IMG/VR virus record: IMGVR_UViG_2526164601_000037
Source: a virus
Taxonomy: Duplodnaviria > Heunggongvirae > Uroviricota > Caudoviricetes
Strand: one strand, 5' to 3'
Length of the DNA: 37,714 nt
The notes under the pieces are model-generated. The model did no database searches and was not told where the DNA came from. It was given only the letters and a program-made list of their open reading frames with translations. Numbering within the stretch: the first letter of the stretch is position 1; each line of letters opens with the position of its first letter. Below are positions 18,435 to 26,975 of this stretch, in pieces. The position numbers and the translations under genes are program-made.

Positions 18435-18938
18435 GTGAACCCCATGAGTATGGTTGCCAGAACTGACCCCAGACCCGCAGAGGACGACATCACCGATACC
18501 GATGATGGCGACACTCGCATTTCAGCGGGCGCATTCTGGCCGGATATTGTGCTGCGAGATCTGCGTCTGGCGGTACGACTGCCGGGGCGTGTGACCACCT
18601 CCCGCCTGCTGCATACCGCCACCGGGGCCGTGGCACACGTTATCCGCGAGCTGGAAGCGTGGCAGCAGGAACAGCAGGCGGCTGGCCATCAGACGCTGGC
18701 CGATGTTCCGGCACCCGTAATTAACGGAGAAAGCGTCAATCTCTGGCACTGGCGCAATGCGGTTTACACCGCCACACGCGCCCTGATTCTGGAGCGTTAC
18801 CGCGATGCGGACACAACGGACAAGGGCGACCGCCGGGCGGACGCACTGGATATACAGACATCGGATTTGTGGCGCGATGTGAGCTGGGCCATCTCTGACA
18901 TTCTGTGCCGCCCGCGAATCTTTGCGGAGTTGTGCTGA
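18435..18938 (+). CDS. L: Head completion protein, P2 gpL-like
   Basis: ORF track, 167 aa; position after M. Confidence 0.75.
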   Translation: MNPMSMVARTDPRPAEDDITDTDDGDTRISAGAFWPDIVLRDLRLAVRLPGRVTTSRLLHTATGAVAHVIRELEAWQQEQQAAGHQTLADVPAPVINGESVNLWHWRNAVYTATRALILERYRDADTTDKGDRRADALDIQTSDLWRDVSWAISDILCRPRIFAELC

Positions 18939-19138
18939 TGAAAGTGAAGGCACTGGAAGGCGACACCGTGGATTCGCTCTGTTTTCGGTACTACGGCACG
19001 ACGCAGGGCGTCACCGAAAAGGTGCTGGATGCCAACCCCGGACTCTGTCAGCAGGTATTTCTGGACGCCGGGCAGGAAGTGGAGATGCCGGAGCCGGAGA
19101 AGAAGAAACGAGAAATGATTCAGTTGTGGGGGGGGTAG
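18938..19138 (+). CDS. X: Tail protein X, P2 gpX-like
   Basis: Internal ATG at 18938 overlapping the L stop; MKVKALEGDTVDSLCFRYYG...ANPGL resembles P2 X as recalled. Confidence 0.75.
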   Translation: MKVKALEGDTVDSLCFRYYGTTQGVTEKVLDANPGLCQQVFLDAGQEVEMPEPEKKKREMIQLWGG

Positions 19139-19140
19139 CA

Positions 19141-19464
19141 GTGAGCACCATTCAAACAGGGATCACAGAGCAGGTTATTGCGTGGCTCTTTGACCACCTG
19201 CCAACGGTGTATGCAGTAGGCGCGGCGGTCAGCATTTCCGCGCTGATGAGTCTTTATGACGGACGAACACTGGTTCAGACCGTAACGGGATCGCTGGCGT
19301 GCGGCGTTCTTGCCATGGCCGTGGCCGGGTCGTTGCGCTTCTTCGGTTTTCCTGAAGATGCCGTGACGTTTATCGGCGCATCAATCGGTTTTATGGGGGC
19401 AGAGAAAGCACGCGACAAGGTTATTGCGGCCTTTAATCGCAGGGTGAAGGAGAAAGACGAATGA
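19141..19464 (+). CDS. Holin
   Basis: GTG start at 19141 after a G-rich RBS; three hydrophobic segments and a charged C-terminus (RRVKEKDE); P2 gene Y position. Confidence 0.6.
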   Translation: MSTIQTGITEQVIAWLFDHLPTVYAVGAAVSISALMSLYDGRTLVQTVTGSLACGVLAMAVAGSLRFFGFPEDAVTFIGASIGFMGAEKARDKVIAAFNRRVKEKDE

Positions 19465-19853
19465 GCAACACATTTAAATTCAGCAGCCGGAGCGAAAAGA
19501 ATTTGCAGGGCGTAAATCCTGATCTGGTGAAAGTGACCCGACGGGCACTGGAAATCTCGGAAGTGGATTTTGGTATCACCGAAGGGTTGCGCAGCCGTTA
19601 CCGCCAGAAGCAACTTGTGGCCACAGGTAAGAGCCAGACCATGAACAGCCGCCACCTTACGGGGCATGCCGTGGATGTTGTGGCTTATATCGGCAGCCAG
19701 GTGTCATGGGAATGGCCGCTGTACGAAAAAATCGCAGCAGCATTCAGACAGGCCAGCCGGGAACTGAATATTCCGGTGGAATGGGGCGGCGACTGGAAGA
19801 CCCTGAAAGACGGACCGCATTTTCAGTTACCACACGGAGCCTATCCGGCATGA
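19461..19853 (+). CDS. Endolysin, peptidase M15-type (L-alanyl-D-glutamate peptidase-like)
   Basis: Zinc-ligand-like pattern HLTGHAVD (H-x6-D) plus downstream His in PHFQLPHG; lysis-cassette position. Confidence 0.75.
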   Translation: MSNTFKFSSRSEKNLQGVNPDLVKVTRRALEISEVDFGITEGLRSRYRQKQLVATGKSQTMNSRHLTGHAVDVVAYIGSQVSWEWPLYEKIAAAFRQASRELNIPVEWGGDWKTLKDGPHFQLPHGAYPA

Positions 19854-20257
19854 AGCTCTGGCCCACGCTGGGCGTCGCTTTCCTTCTGATTGCCGCATGG
19901 GGAACATCCATGCGTCTGTCGTGGTCGCTGGGCCGGGAGAACGCCAGAAACGAAGCGCAGGCCAGCACCCTGAAAAGTACCGTCGACACCCTGAATATCA
20001 TCAGCGCCGGGGTACAGGATATGCAGCAGGTGCTGGCACAACTCCGCGTGGAAAATCAGCAACGCAATCAGGACGGAGAAGCCAGACGTGAACAGCTACG
20101 CAACGATATTGCAAAAGATGAATGCGCCCACGCTTTGCCTGATGCTCGTTTTACTGACAGGTTGCGCAGGCACGCTGAACGCGCCACGGCCAGCGCCGTC
20201 AGTCCGGCTTATACCGCAGACGCTGACCATACCGGTAACGCCTCCCCCCGTCCCTGA
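19850..20257 (+). CDS. i-spanin (Rz/LysB-like)
   Basis: ATG at 19850 overlapping the endolysin stop; N-terminal membrane helix then coiled-coil-like sequence. Confidence 0.65.
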   Translation: MKLWPTLGVAFLLIAAWGTSMRLSWSLGRENARNEAQASTLKSTVDTLNIISAGVQDMQQVLAQLRVENQQRNQDGEARREQLRNDIAKDECAHALPDARFTDRLRRHAERATASAVSPAYTADADHTGNASPRP

Positions 20258-20408
20258 CACTCCCACATGGGGAAATCTCGGTATATGGGGCGACCGCCTT
20301 CTGGATGCACTGGAAACCTGTAACGCGGATAAACGGGCCATTGAATTACTGGAACAGCGCAGGCTGCAACGACTGAACAACGAGGACAACAACCATGCTG
20401 AAAACTGA
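20118..20408 (+). CDS. o-spanin lipoprotein (Rz1/LysC-like), overlapping the i-spanin gene in another frame
   Basis: Lipobox LLTGC in the signal peptide MNAPTLCLMLVLLTGC; Pro-rich mature region. Confidence 0.65.
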   Translation: MNAPTLCLMLVLLTGCAGTLNAPRPAPSVRLIPQTLTIPVTPPPVPDTPTWGNLGIWGDRLLDALETCNADKRAIELLEQRRLQRLNNEDNNHAEN

Positions 20409-20862
20409 TTCCCTGCGTGAAGCCATGACCCGTTCATGCCGATGGTGTCAGGCCAACCCGGAAAAATTCACCATTTTCGTGGAGAGCGGCAACATTGAAA
20501 CGACCGGAGAAACTCCCTCGTTTGTTTACCGCTATCAGATGGTGATGTTTGTCATGGATTACGCCGGGGAGCTGGACGACCTCACGCTGCCGCTGCTGGC
20601 GTGGTTATCCGAAAATCAGCCACAGTTGTTGCTCAACCCTGAGCGTAATCAGGACATCAAATTCTCCGCCGTTATCAATGACGATGACAGCGCCGATCTC
20701 CTGTTTACGCTCCCCCTGCGGGAACGCGTTCGCATCACGCGCAGCAGTCAGGGCACACCGCAGGCAGAACACCTGCCGGAGCCAAAACCCCGCCTGCCAT
20801 CTTCCGAAGGCGACTGGTCGCATGTATTCCAGGATGTGACGTGGGGTGAAAGCGATGGATAA
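20395..20862 (+). CDS. R: Tail completion protein, P2 gpR-like
   Basis: ORF track, 155 aa; position after the lysis genes. Confidence 0.75.
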   Translation: MLKTDSLREAMTRSCRWCQANPEKFTIFVESGNIETTGETPSFVYRYQMVMFVMDYAGELDDLTLPLLAWLSENQPQLLLNPERNQDIKFSAVINDDDSADLLFTLPLRERVRITRSSQGTPQAEHLPEPKPRLPSSEGDWSHVFQDVTWGESDG

Positions 20863-21490
20863 GGCATTCACCCGCGTGGATGAAACCTTTGAGGCTATCC
20901 GCGACAGCCTGAATCAGCAGGCCATCAATAACATCGCCAGAAAGCTGGCACAGGATTTACGTCGCGCCCAGCAGGCACGTATCCGGTCACAGAAAGCGCC
21001 GGACGGGACTGCATGGACACCACGCAGACGCCGCGTAACCCGGATACAGGAGCGCATTCGCTTTATCTGGAATAACGAAGCACGCACGCTGAAAAACTGG
21101 CATCACGACACGGGGAAATACGGGCGAACCATTACCGGGTGGGATGAGGATAAAAACAATATCCGCACGTTTTACCGGGATGACATCGACCGTTTTCTGG
21201 AAATACGCACCCGGCGCATCAACCAGGACAGCACAAAGCGCGTCCCCATGTTCGTAAAACTGCGCACCGCCCGCTACCTGAAAGCCCGTGCAGATGCTTC
21301 CGGTGTGACGGTGGGTTACAGCGGCGTGGCCGCACGTATTGCCCGCGTTCATCAGTTCGGTGAGCGCGATCAGGTTGCGCCGGGCATTTTCACCGATTAC
21401 CCGGTACGTGAGCTGTTGGGTATCAGCCAGGCAGATGAGCGCCTGATTTATAACACGGTGCTGGGCCGGATTGCGGAGGCTGTACGGTGA
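20855..21490 (+). CDS. S: Tail completion protein, P2 gpS-like
   Basis: ORF 20846..21490, ATG at 20855 overlapping the R stop; position before V. Confidence 0.7.
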   Translation: MDKAFTRVDETFEAIRDSLNQQAINNIARKLAQDLRRAQQARIRSQKAPDGTAWTPRRRRVTRIQERIRFIWNNEARTLKNWHHDTGKYGRTITGWDEDKNNIRTFYRDDIDRFLEIRTRRINQDSTKRVPMFVKLRTARYLKARADASGVTVGYSGVAARIARVHQFGERDQVAPGIFTDYPVRELLGISQADERLIYNTVLGRIAEAVR

Positions 21491-22068
21491 GCGCTGAACT
21501 CATGCGACTGCTGAGCAACATCATCCGTACCGGGATCATCTCTGAAGTTGATGAGGAATCCTGGTGCGTGCGCGTTCGCAGCGGCGAACTGGAAACAGGC
21601 TGGCTGCGCTGGAACACCACGCGCGCGGGTGCCTTCAATGTGTGGTTGCCGCCATCACCCGGCGAACAGGTGGTAATTGCCTGCATCGGCGGCAACCCGG
21701 AAACCGCCATGATAATTGGCAGTCTGTGGAGTGATGCCATTCCGGCACCCGGCAAAAGCCTGAAAGAAATCGTGGTCAGCGCGCCGGATGGCGCGGTGTT
21801 CCGCTACGACGCGGACGCAGGCGCACTGAGCGCCAGCGGCATGAAAACGGCCACCCTGCAGGCATCCGTCAGTGTGACACTGGACACACCTGTCGTGGAA
21901 TGCACAGACCTTCTGAGAACAGCGACGCTTGACGTCACAAAAGGAGGAAAGATGAGCGGCAATATCACGCACAGCGGCGGCAACTTCACCTCAAACGGCA
22001 TTACCGTGCATACGCATAAACACGGTGGCGTGAAAGGCGGCAGCGATTCGACAGGAGGCCCGCAGTGA
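21487..22068 (+). CDS. V: Baseplate spike/assembly protein, P2 gpV-like
   Basis: NIIRTGIISEVD and PSPGEQVVI motifs resemble P2 V as recalled; GTG start at 21487, alternative ATG at 21502. Confidence 0.85.
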   Translation: MSAELMRLLSNIIRTGIISEVDEESWCVRVRSGELETGWLRWNTTRAGAFNVWLPPSPGEQVVIACIGGNPETAMIIGSLWSDAIPAPGKSLKEIVVSAPDGAVFRYDADAGALSASGMKTATLQASVSVTLDTPVVECTDLLRTATLDVTKGGKMSGNITHSGGNFTSNGITVHTHKHGGVKGGSDSTGGPQ

Positions 22069-22415
22069 CAACCCGCTACACAGGAATGAATCCGGACGGG
22101 ACGGGAAACCTGAACGATATGGAGCACCTGAAACAGTCAGTCAGGGATATCCTGACCACCCCGCTGGCAAGCCGGGTTATGCGACGGGAATATGGCAGCC
22201 TTGTGCCTGATTTGATTGACGAACCCATGAATAACACCACGCGTCTGCAATGCATGAGTGCTGCCGTGATTGCGCTGACACGATGGGAACCCCGCATTGC
22301 CCTGGATGCCATCGACGTTGTCTGGAAAGCGGGAGGCCGCGCCGGGGTGACGCTGTCGGGCACTGTCATGCAGACCATGCAGAATGTTGAGTTAACCATC
22401 ACGCTGAGGGAGTAA
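22065..22415 (+). CDS. W: Baseplate protein, P2 gpW-like
   Basis: ORF track, 116 aa; RBS AGGAGG; GTG start overlapping the V stop. Confidence 0.8.
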   Translation: MTTRYTGMNPDGTGNLNDMEHLKQSVRDILTTPLASRVMRREYGSLVPDLIDEPMNNTTRLQCMSAAVIALTRWEPRIALDAIDVVWKAGGRAGVTLSGTVMQTMQNVELTITLRE

Positions 22416-22418
22416 ATC

Positions 22419-23315
22419 ATGCCCGCCGTTGACCTTTCCCAGTTACCGGAACCCGCCATCATCGCGGAGCCTGACTTTGAGGCAATTCTGGCTGACACAA
22501 AGGCCATGATGATTGCAGCTTATCCCGCCGAACAGCGTGAAGCCGTCTCCGCCGCGCTGGAGCTGGAATCGGAACCCCTGAACGTTATCGCCCAGACAAC
22601 AGCGTTTCGTGAAATGCTGTTACGCCAGCGGGTCAACGAGGGCGCACGCGCCTGCATGTTAAGCCACAGCGCCGGGACAGACCTGGACAACCTCGCGGGT
22701 AATATGAACACAAAGCGCCTGGTTATCACTCCTGCAACGGATACCACCGACGCGGTGATGGAAAGCGACACCTCACTGAGACTGCGGGCGCAGCGGGCGT
22801 ACGACGGGCTGAGCGTTGCTGGCCCGTCAGGTGCATACGAGTATTTTGCCCGCAGTGCCAGCGGTCTGGTGCGTGATGCGCGGGCCATCAGCCCGTCTCC
22901 GGCCAACGTGACGGTTTCCATCCTGTCCACTGAGGGCGACGGCACAGCAACGGAGGCGTTGCTTAATACCGTTCGCGCCGTTCTGAATGCAGAGGATACC
23001 CGCCCGGTGGCCGACCGCCTGACCGTACAGAGCGCCAGAATCGTGACATGGCGGCTGAATGCAAAACTGTACTTTTACCCCGGCCCGGAATCCGAACCTA
23101 TTCTGGCTGCGGCTGAATCGTCGTTCAGGAAGTGGCTGGCTGAGCAGGGGCTTATCGGTCAGGACGTGGCGTTGTCCGCCATTGCTGCCGCACTGCATGT
23201 GCACGGTGTGCAACGCGTGGAGATAATCGAACCCACACAGAATATGGCCATCAGCGACATACAGGCGGCGCGCTGTGAGTCATTCACCATCAGCGAAGGT
23301 GGGCGTAATGAGTAA
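22419..23315 (+). CDS. J: Baseplate protein, P2 gpJ-like
   Basis: ORF track, 298 aa; position after W. Confidence 0.8.
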   Translation: MPAVDLSQLPEPAIIAEPDFEAILADTKAMMIAAYPAEQREAVSAALELESEPLNVIAQTTAFREMLLRQRVNEGARACMLSHSAGTDLDNLAGNMNTKRLVITPATDTTDAVMESDTSLRLRAQRAYDGLSVAGPSGAYEYFARSASGLVRDARAISPSPANVTVSILSTEGDGTATEALLNTVRAVLNAEDTRPVADRLTVQSARIVTWRLNAKLYFYPGPESEPILAAAESSFRKWLAEQGLIGQDVALSAIAAALHVHGVQRVEIIEPTQNMAISDIQAARCESFTISEGGRNE

Positions 23316-23916
23316 TTCACTGTTACCACCATCAGCCAGCAATTTCATGCGTTGTGCCGAAGCCGTCGGAACACGCATTACAGACATTCCGGTAGACCTC
23401 AACACGCTGTGGTCGCCGGACACCTGCCCGGCGCATCTGCTGCCTTATCTCGCCTGGGCGTTTTCCGTTGACCGCTGGGATCGCAACTGGCCGGAAGAGA
23501 CAAAGCGACAGGTGATTCGTGATGCATGGCTGATACACCGACACAAAGGGACCATCAGCGCACTGCGAAGAGCCGTGGAGCCTCTCGGCTACCTGATTGA
23601 AGTAAAGGAGTGGTGGCAACTCAACGAGGAGCCAGGAACATTTCGCATTGTTGTCGGAGTACTTGATCAGGGCATCACCGATGAAATGTATCAGGAACTT
23701 GAGCGCCTTATTGCGGATGCAAAACCAGTAAGTCGCCATCTGACAGGGCTGGCGATCAGTCTGAGTGTGAACGGAAAGATTTTCGTTGGTACGGGATGCT
23801 ATCACGGCGATGCCCTGACGGTTTATCCCTACACCCCGGAGTCCATTATTGTCGAAGGGGATTATTTCCCTGCCCCGGCCATTCATTTAATTGATAATCT
23901 GAGAGTAAACGCATGA
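23308..23916 (+). CDS. I: Baseplate protein, P2 gpI-like
   Basis: ORF 23275..23916 trimmed to the ATG at 23308 overlapping the J stop. Confidence 0.75.
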   Translation: MSNSLLPPSASNFMRCAEAVGTRITDIPVDLNTLWSPDTCPAHLLPYLAWAFSVDRWDRNWPEETKRQVIRDAWLIHRHKGTISALRRAVEPLGYLIEVKEWWQLNEEPGTFRIVVGVLDQGITDEMYQELERLIADAKPVSRHLTGLAISLSVNGKIFVGTGCYHGDALTVYPYTPESIIVEGDYFPAPAIHLIDNLRVNA

Positions 23917-25526
23917 CAGTGAAATACTACGCCATTCTGACTAATCAGGGCGCGGCACGACTGGCTAACGCGACGATGCTCGGCAGTAAGCTGAATCTGA
24001 CGCAAATGGCCGTTGGTGATGCAAATGGTGTGTTACCAACACCAGACCCTGCACAAACAAAACTGATTAACCAGAAACGCATTGCACCGCTGAATCTTCT
24101 GAGTATTGACCCGAACAACCAGAACCAGATTATCGCGGAGCAAATCATCCCTGAGAACGAGGGCGGATTCTGGATCCGTGAGATTGGTCTTTATGATGAT
24201 GAAGGCGTACTCATTGCGGTGGCAAACTGCCCGGAAACGTACAAACCGCAGTTGCAGGAAGGCAGTGGACGCACCCAGACTATCCGCATGATTCTGGTTG
24301 TCACGAACACCGAAGCCATCACGCTGAAAATCGACCCGTCTGTGGTTCTGGCAACCCGCAAATATGTGGATGACAAAATCTCAGAGCACGAGCAGTCACG
24401 ACGTCACCCGGACGCCTCGCTGACCGCAAAAGGTTTTACTCAGTTAAGCAGTGCAATTAACAGTGAATCAGAAACACTGGCCGCAACACCGAAAGCGGTT
24501 AAGACTGCATATGACCTGGCTAACGGGAAATATACCGCCAAGAACGCCACCACAACACAAAAAGGGATTGTTCAGCTCAGTAGCGCCACAAACAGCACGT
24601 CTGAAACGCTGGCAGCGACACCAAAAGCTGTTAAGGCGGTAATGGATGAAACGAGCAAGAAAGCCCCATTAAACAGCCCGGCACTGACCGGAACGCCAAC
24701 AACACCAACAGCGCCACAAGGGACTAATAGTACCCAGATCGCAAGCACGGCTTTCGTTATGGCCGCGATTGCCGCACTTGTAGATTCGTCACCTGATGCA
24801 CTGAACACGCTGAACGAACTGGCTGCGGCGCTGGGCGATGACCCGAATTTTGCGACCACCATGACTAACGCGCTTGCGGGTAAGCAACCGAAGGATGCCA
24901 CCCTGACGGCGCTGGCGGAGCTTGCTACAGCAGCAGATAAACTCCCATATTTTACAGGGGCAGATCGTGCCGCGTTAACCGCGTTGACAAGTGTTGGACG
25001 TGCCATTCTTAGTAAGCCCAGCACACAGGGAGTTCTTGATTATCTTGGTTTGGGAGAAGGCTCTGCATTGCCTGTTGGTGTACCGATTCCGTGGCCTTCT
25101 GCTACTCCGCCGACAGGCTGGCTGAAATGCAATGGTGCTGCCTTTGATAAAGTGAAATATCCCAACCTTGCCAAAGCATACCCGTCAGGGAAACTGCTGG
25201 ATTTACGCGGTGAGTTTATTCGTGGATGGGATGACGGGCGTGGTATTGATGCAGGACGTGCTTTATTGAGCATTCAGGCTGGGATGCTGGAGAAGCACCG
25301 CCATATTGTTGTTGCCAACGATGGTTATGATTCAGGTGAAGAATGGGAGTTGGCTACAATTTTTCAGAATACATACACACAAGGTCGGGGGCTTGACGCC
25401 GTTTATACAGGGGGAACCCTTATTCCGGCTCCGAGGTTGCATTCACGAGGAAGTATTGGTAACACGGGCGGGAGCGAAACACGACCGCGCAATATTGCAT
25501 TTAACTTTATTGTGAGGGCTGCATAA
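23913..25526 (+). CDS. H: Tail fiber protein, P2 gpH-like
   Basis: ORF track, 537 aa; internal tandem repeat SETLAATPKAVK typical of tail fibers; position after I. Confidence 0.85.
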   Translation: MTVKYYAILTNQGAARLANATMLGSKLNLTQMAVGDANGVLPTPDPAQTKLINQKRIAPLNLLSIDPNNQNQIIAEQIIPENEGGFWIREIGLYDDEGVLIAVANCPETYKPQLQEGSGRTQTIRMILVVTNTEAITLKIDPSVVLATRKYVDDKISEHEQSRRHPDASLTAKGFTQLSSAINSESETLAATPKAVKTAYDLANGKYTAKNATTTQKGIVQLSSATNSTSETLAATPKAVKAVMDETSKKAPLNSPALTGTPTTPTAPQGTNSTQIASTAFVMAAIAALVDSSPDALNTLNELAAALGDDPNFATTMTNALAGKQPKDATLTALAELATAADKLPYFTGADRAALTALTSVGRAILSKPSTQGVLDYLGLGEGSALPVGVPIPWPSATPPTGWLKCNGAAFDKVKYPNLAKAYPSGKLLDLRGEFIRGWDDGRGIDAGRALLSIQAGMLEKHRHIVVANDGYDSGEEWELATIFQNTYTQGRGLDAVYTGGTLIPAPRLHSRGSIGNTGGSETRPRNIAFNFIVRAA

Positions 25527-26128
25527 TGAATCACGCGGTATTAAATAATGAACTTATTGCCGTGCAGGAAGGAAACATTATCGTTTACAACTATGACAGT
25601 GAGACGCGGGAATATATTTCTGCATCAACTGAATATCTTGCTGTGGGTGTCGGTATTCCGGCATATTCCTGTTTAGACGCTCCTGGCACACATAAGGCTG
25701 GTTATACAATTTGCCGTTCTGTGGATTTAAAATCATGGGAATATGTGTCAGACCATCGTGGTGAAATTGTCTATAGCACCGAAACAGGGGAATCAAAAGA
25801 AATTAAAACTCCGGGTGATTACCCTGAAAATACAACCACTATCGCCCCGTTAACGCCATACGATAAATGGGATGGTGAGAAATGGGTGACAGATACTGAG
25901 GAGCAACATCACGTCGCAGTAGAGACGGCAGAAACACAGCGCCAGTCGCTGATTGATGCCGCAATGGCTTCCATTAGTCTGATTCAACTGAAATTACAGG
26001 CCGGGCGGAAGCTGATGCAGGCAGAGACCTCCCGACTTAACACTGTGCTGGATTACATTGACGCGGTGACGGCAACAGATACCAGCACCGCGCCGGATGT
26101 CATCTGGCCTGAACTGCCGGAGGCGTAG
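25526..26128 (+). CDS. G: Tail fiber assembly chaperone, P2 gpG-like
   Basis: ORF track, 200 aa; C-terminal Tfa-type motif DTSTAPDVIWPELP. Confidence 0.8.
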   Translation: MNHAVLNNELIAVQEGNIIVYNYDSETREYISASTEYLAVGVGIPAYSCLDAPGTHKAGYTICRSVDLKSWEYVSDHRGEIVYSTETGESKEIKTPGDYPENTTTIAPLTPYDKWDGEKWVTDTEEQHHVAVETAETQRQSLIDAAMASISLIQLKLQAGRKLMQAETSRLNTVLDYIDAVTATDTSTAPDVIWPELPEA

Positions 26129-26351
26129 GCCATTCAATATCTGGCGCACTGGAAGTATCGACCAGTTCCAGTGCGTCCAGATAATCCAGCCACAAATTAT
26201 ATTGCGCCAGTTCCTCACCTTTCAGACGACCAATAGCCGCTTTACCGGGCCATTGTTTACTGTTCATGTATTCGTTGGTCTGATTAATCAGTTGCTGTTT
26301 TTTGATGGGGCCGACTAAAGACAGTCGCGACAGGAAACAACTGGCAATAAT
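26100..26351 (-). pseudogene. Remnant of a second tail-fiber-assembly (Tfa) gene C-terminus, convergent with and overlapping the end of G
   Basis: Minus-strand frame open 26351..26103 translates to ...KQQLINQTNEYMNSKQWPGKAAIGRLKGEELAQYNLWLDYLDALELVDTSSAPDIEWPTPP, matching the Tfa C-terminal motif of G (LDYIDAVTATDTSTAPDVIWP); no full-length gene. Confidence 0.5.
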
Positions 26352-26438
26352 TTACGGCATTGGTACATCGACGATTTATCGTTACCACCCCGCAGGAGAA
26401 TCAAGCGGAACAATTGAGAAGAGTCAGGAAACAAAATA

Positions 26439-26470
26439 ACCGCTAATCTGGCCATTAGCGGTTTTTGTGT
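26439..26470. terminator. Bidirectional intrinsic terminator between convergent G and U
   Basis: Stem ACCGCTAAT / ATTAGCGGT with loop CTGGCC, flanked by A-run upstream and TTTTTGTGTT downstream. Confidence 0.6.
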
Positions 26471-26474
26471 TAAA

Positions 26475-26969
26475 TCAGAACAGCCCTTTAACGGAACTGG
26501 CCGCGCTGTTAAGGGATGATGTCACCTTATCTTTGAAGCCGCACAGCATATCGCTGAACGATGAAGATTGCAGGCGCTCCCGCAAATCCTCATCACAGCG
26601 TTCAAGAGTCAGTGAAAATTCTATCTTTTTCGCCTTACCGTAGCGATCAAACTCGGAACGGGTCGTATTCGTTTCAGTCAGTACATACATGCCGTAAATC
26701 TGCCCGACACCATCAATCAGAGGCCAGGGGCGTCCTGTATATGCCTGCGTGGTCAGCAACGAAAGCGACACTTCGCCACCTGTAATTTCAGGATAAAGCA
26801 CGCCGGAAAGCACGATGCGATCATCACCTGCGCCGATATACTGCCAGCTTGCTGAACGGTTAACGCGTTCATTTTTCACATGCCGCCAGCTTTTGTTTTG
26901 CTGTAACTGCTGATGCGGCAATGTGCGCAGCTCAAAAACAAACATGCCGTAGATCATCATCATGGCCAT
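26475..26969 (-). CDS. U: Tail protein, P2 gpU-like
   Basis: N-terminus MAMMMIYGMFVFELRTLPHQQLQQNKSWRH resembles P2 U as recalled. Confidence 0.85.
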   Translation of the reverse strand: MAMMMIYGMFVFELRTLPHQQLQQNKSWRHVKNERVNRSASWQYIGAGDDRIVLSGVLYPEITGGEVSLSLLTTQAYTGRPWPLIDGVGQIYGMYVLTETNTTRSEFDRYGKAKKIEFSLTLERCDEDLRERLQSSSFSDMLCGFKDKVTSSLNSAASSVKGLF

Positions 26970-26975
26970 GACTCC

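Noticed and set aside
18023-18622. 199-aa minus-strand ORF across the M-L junction
   Set aside because: Antisense to two syntenic capsid-operon genes; Arg/Ser-rich composition; no operon context.
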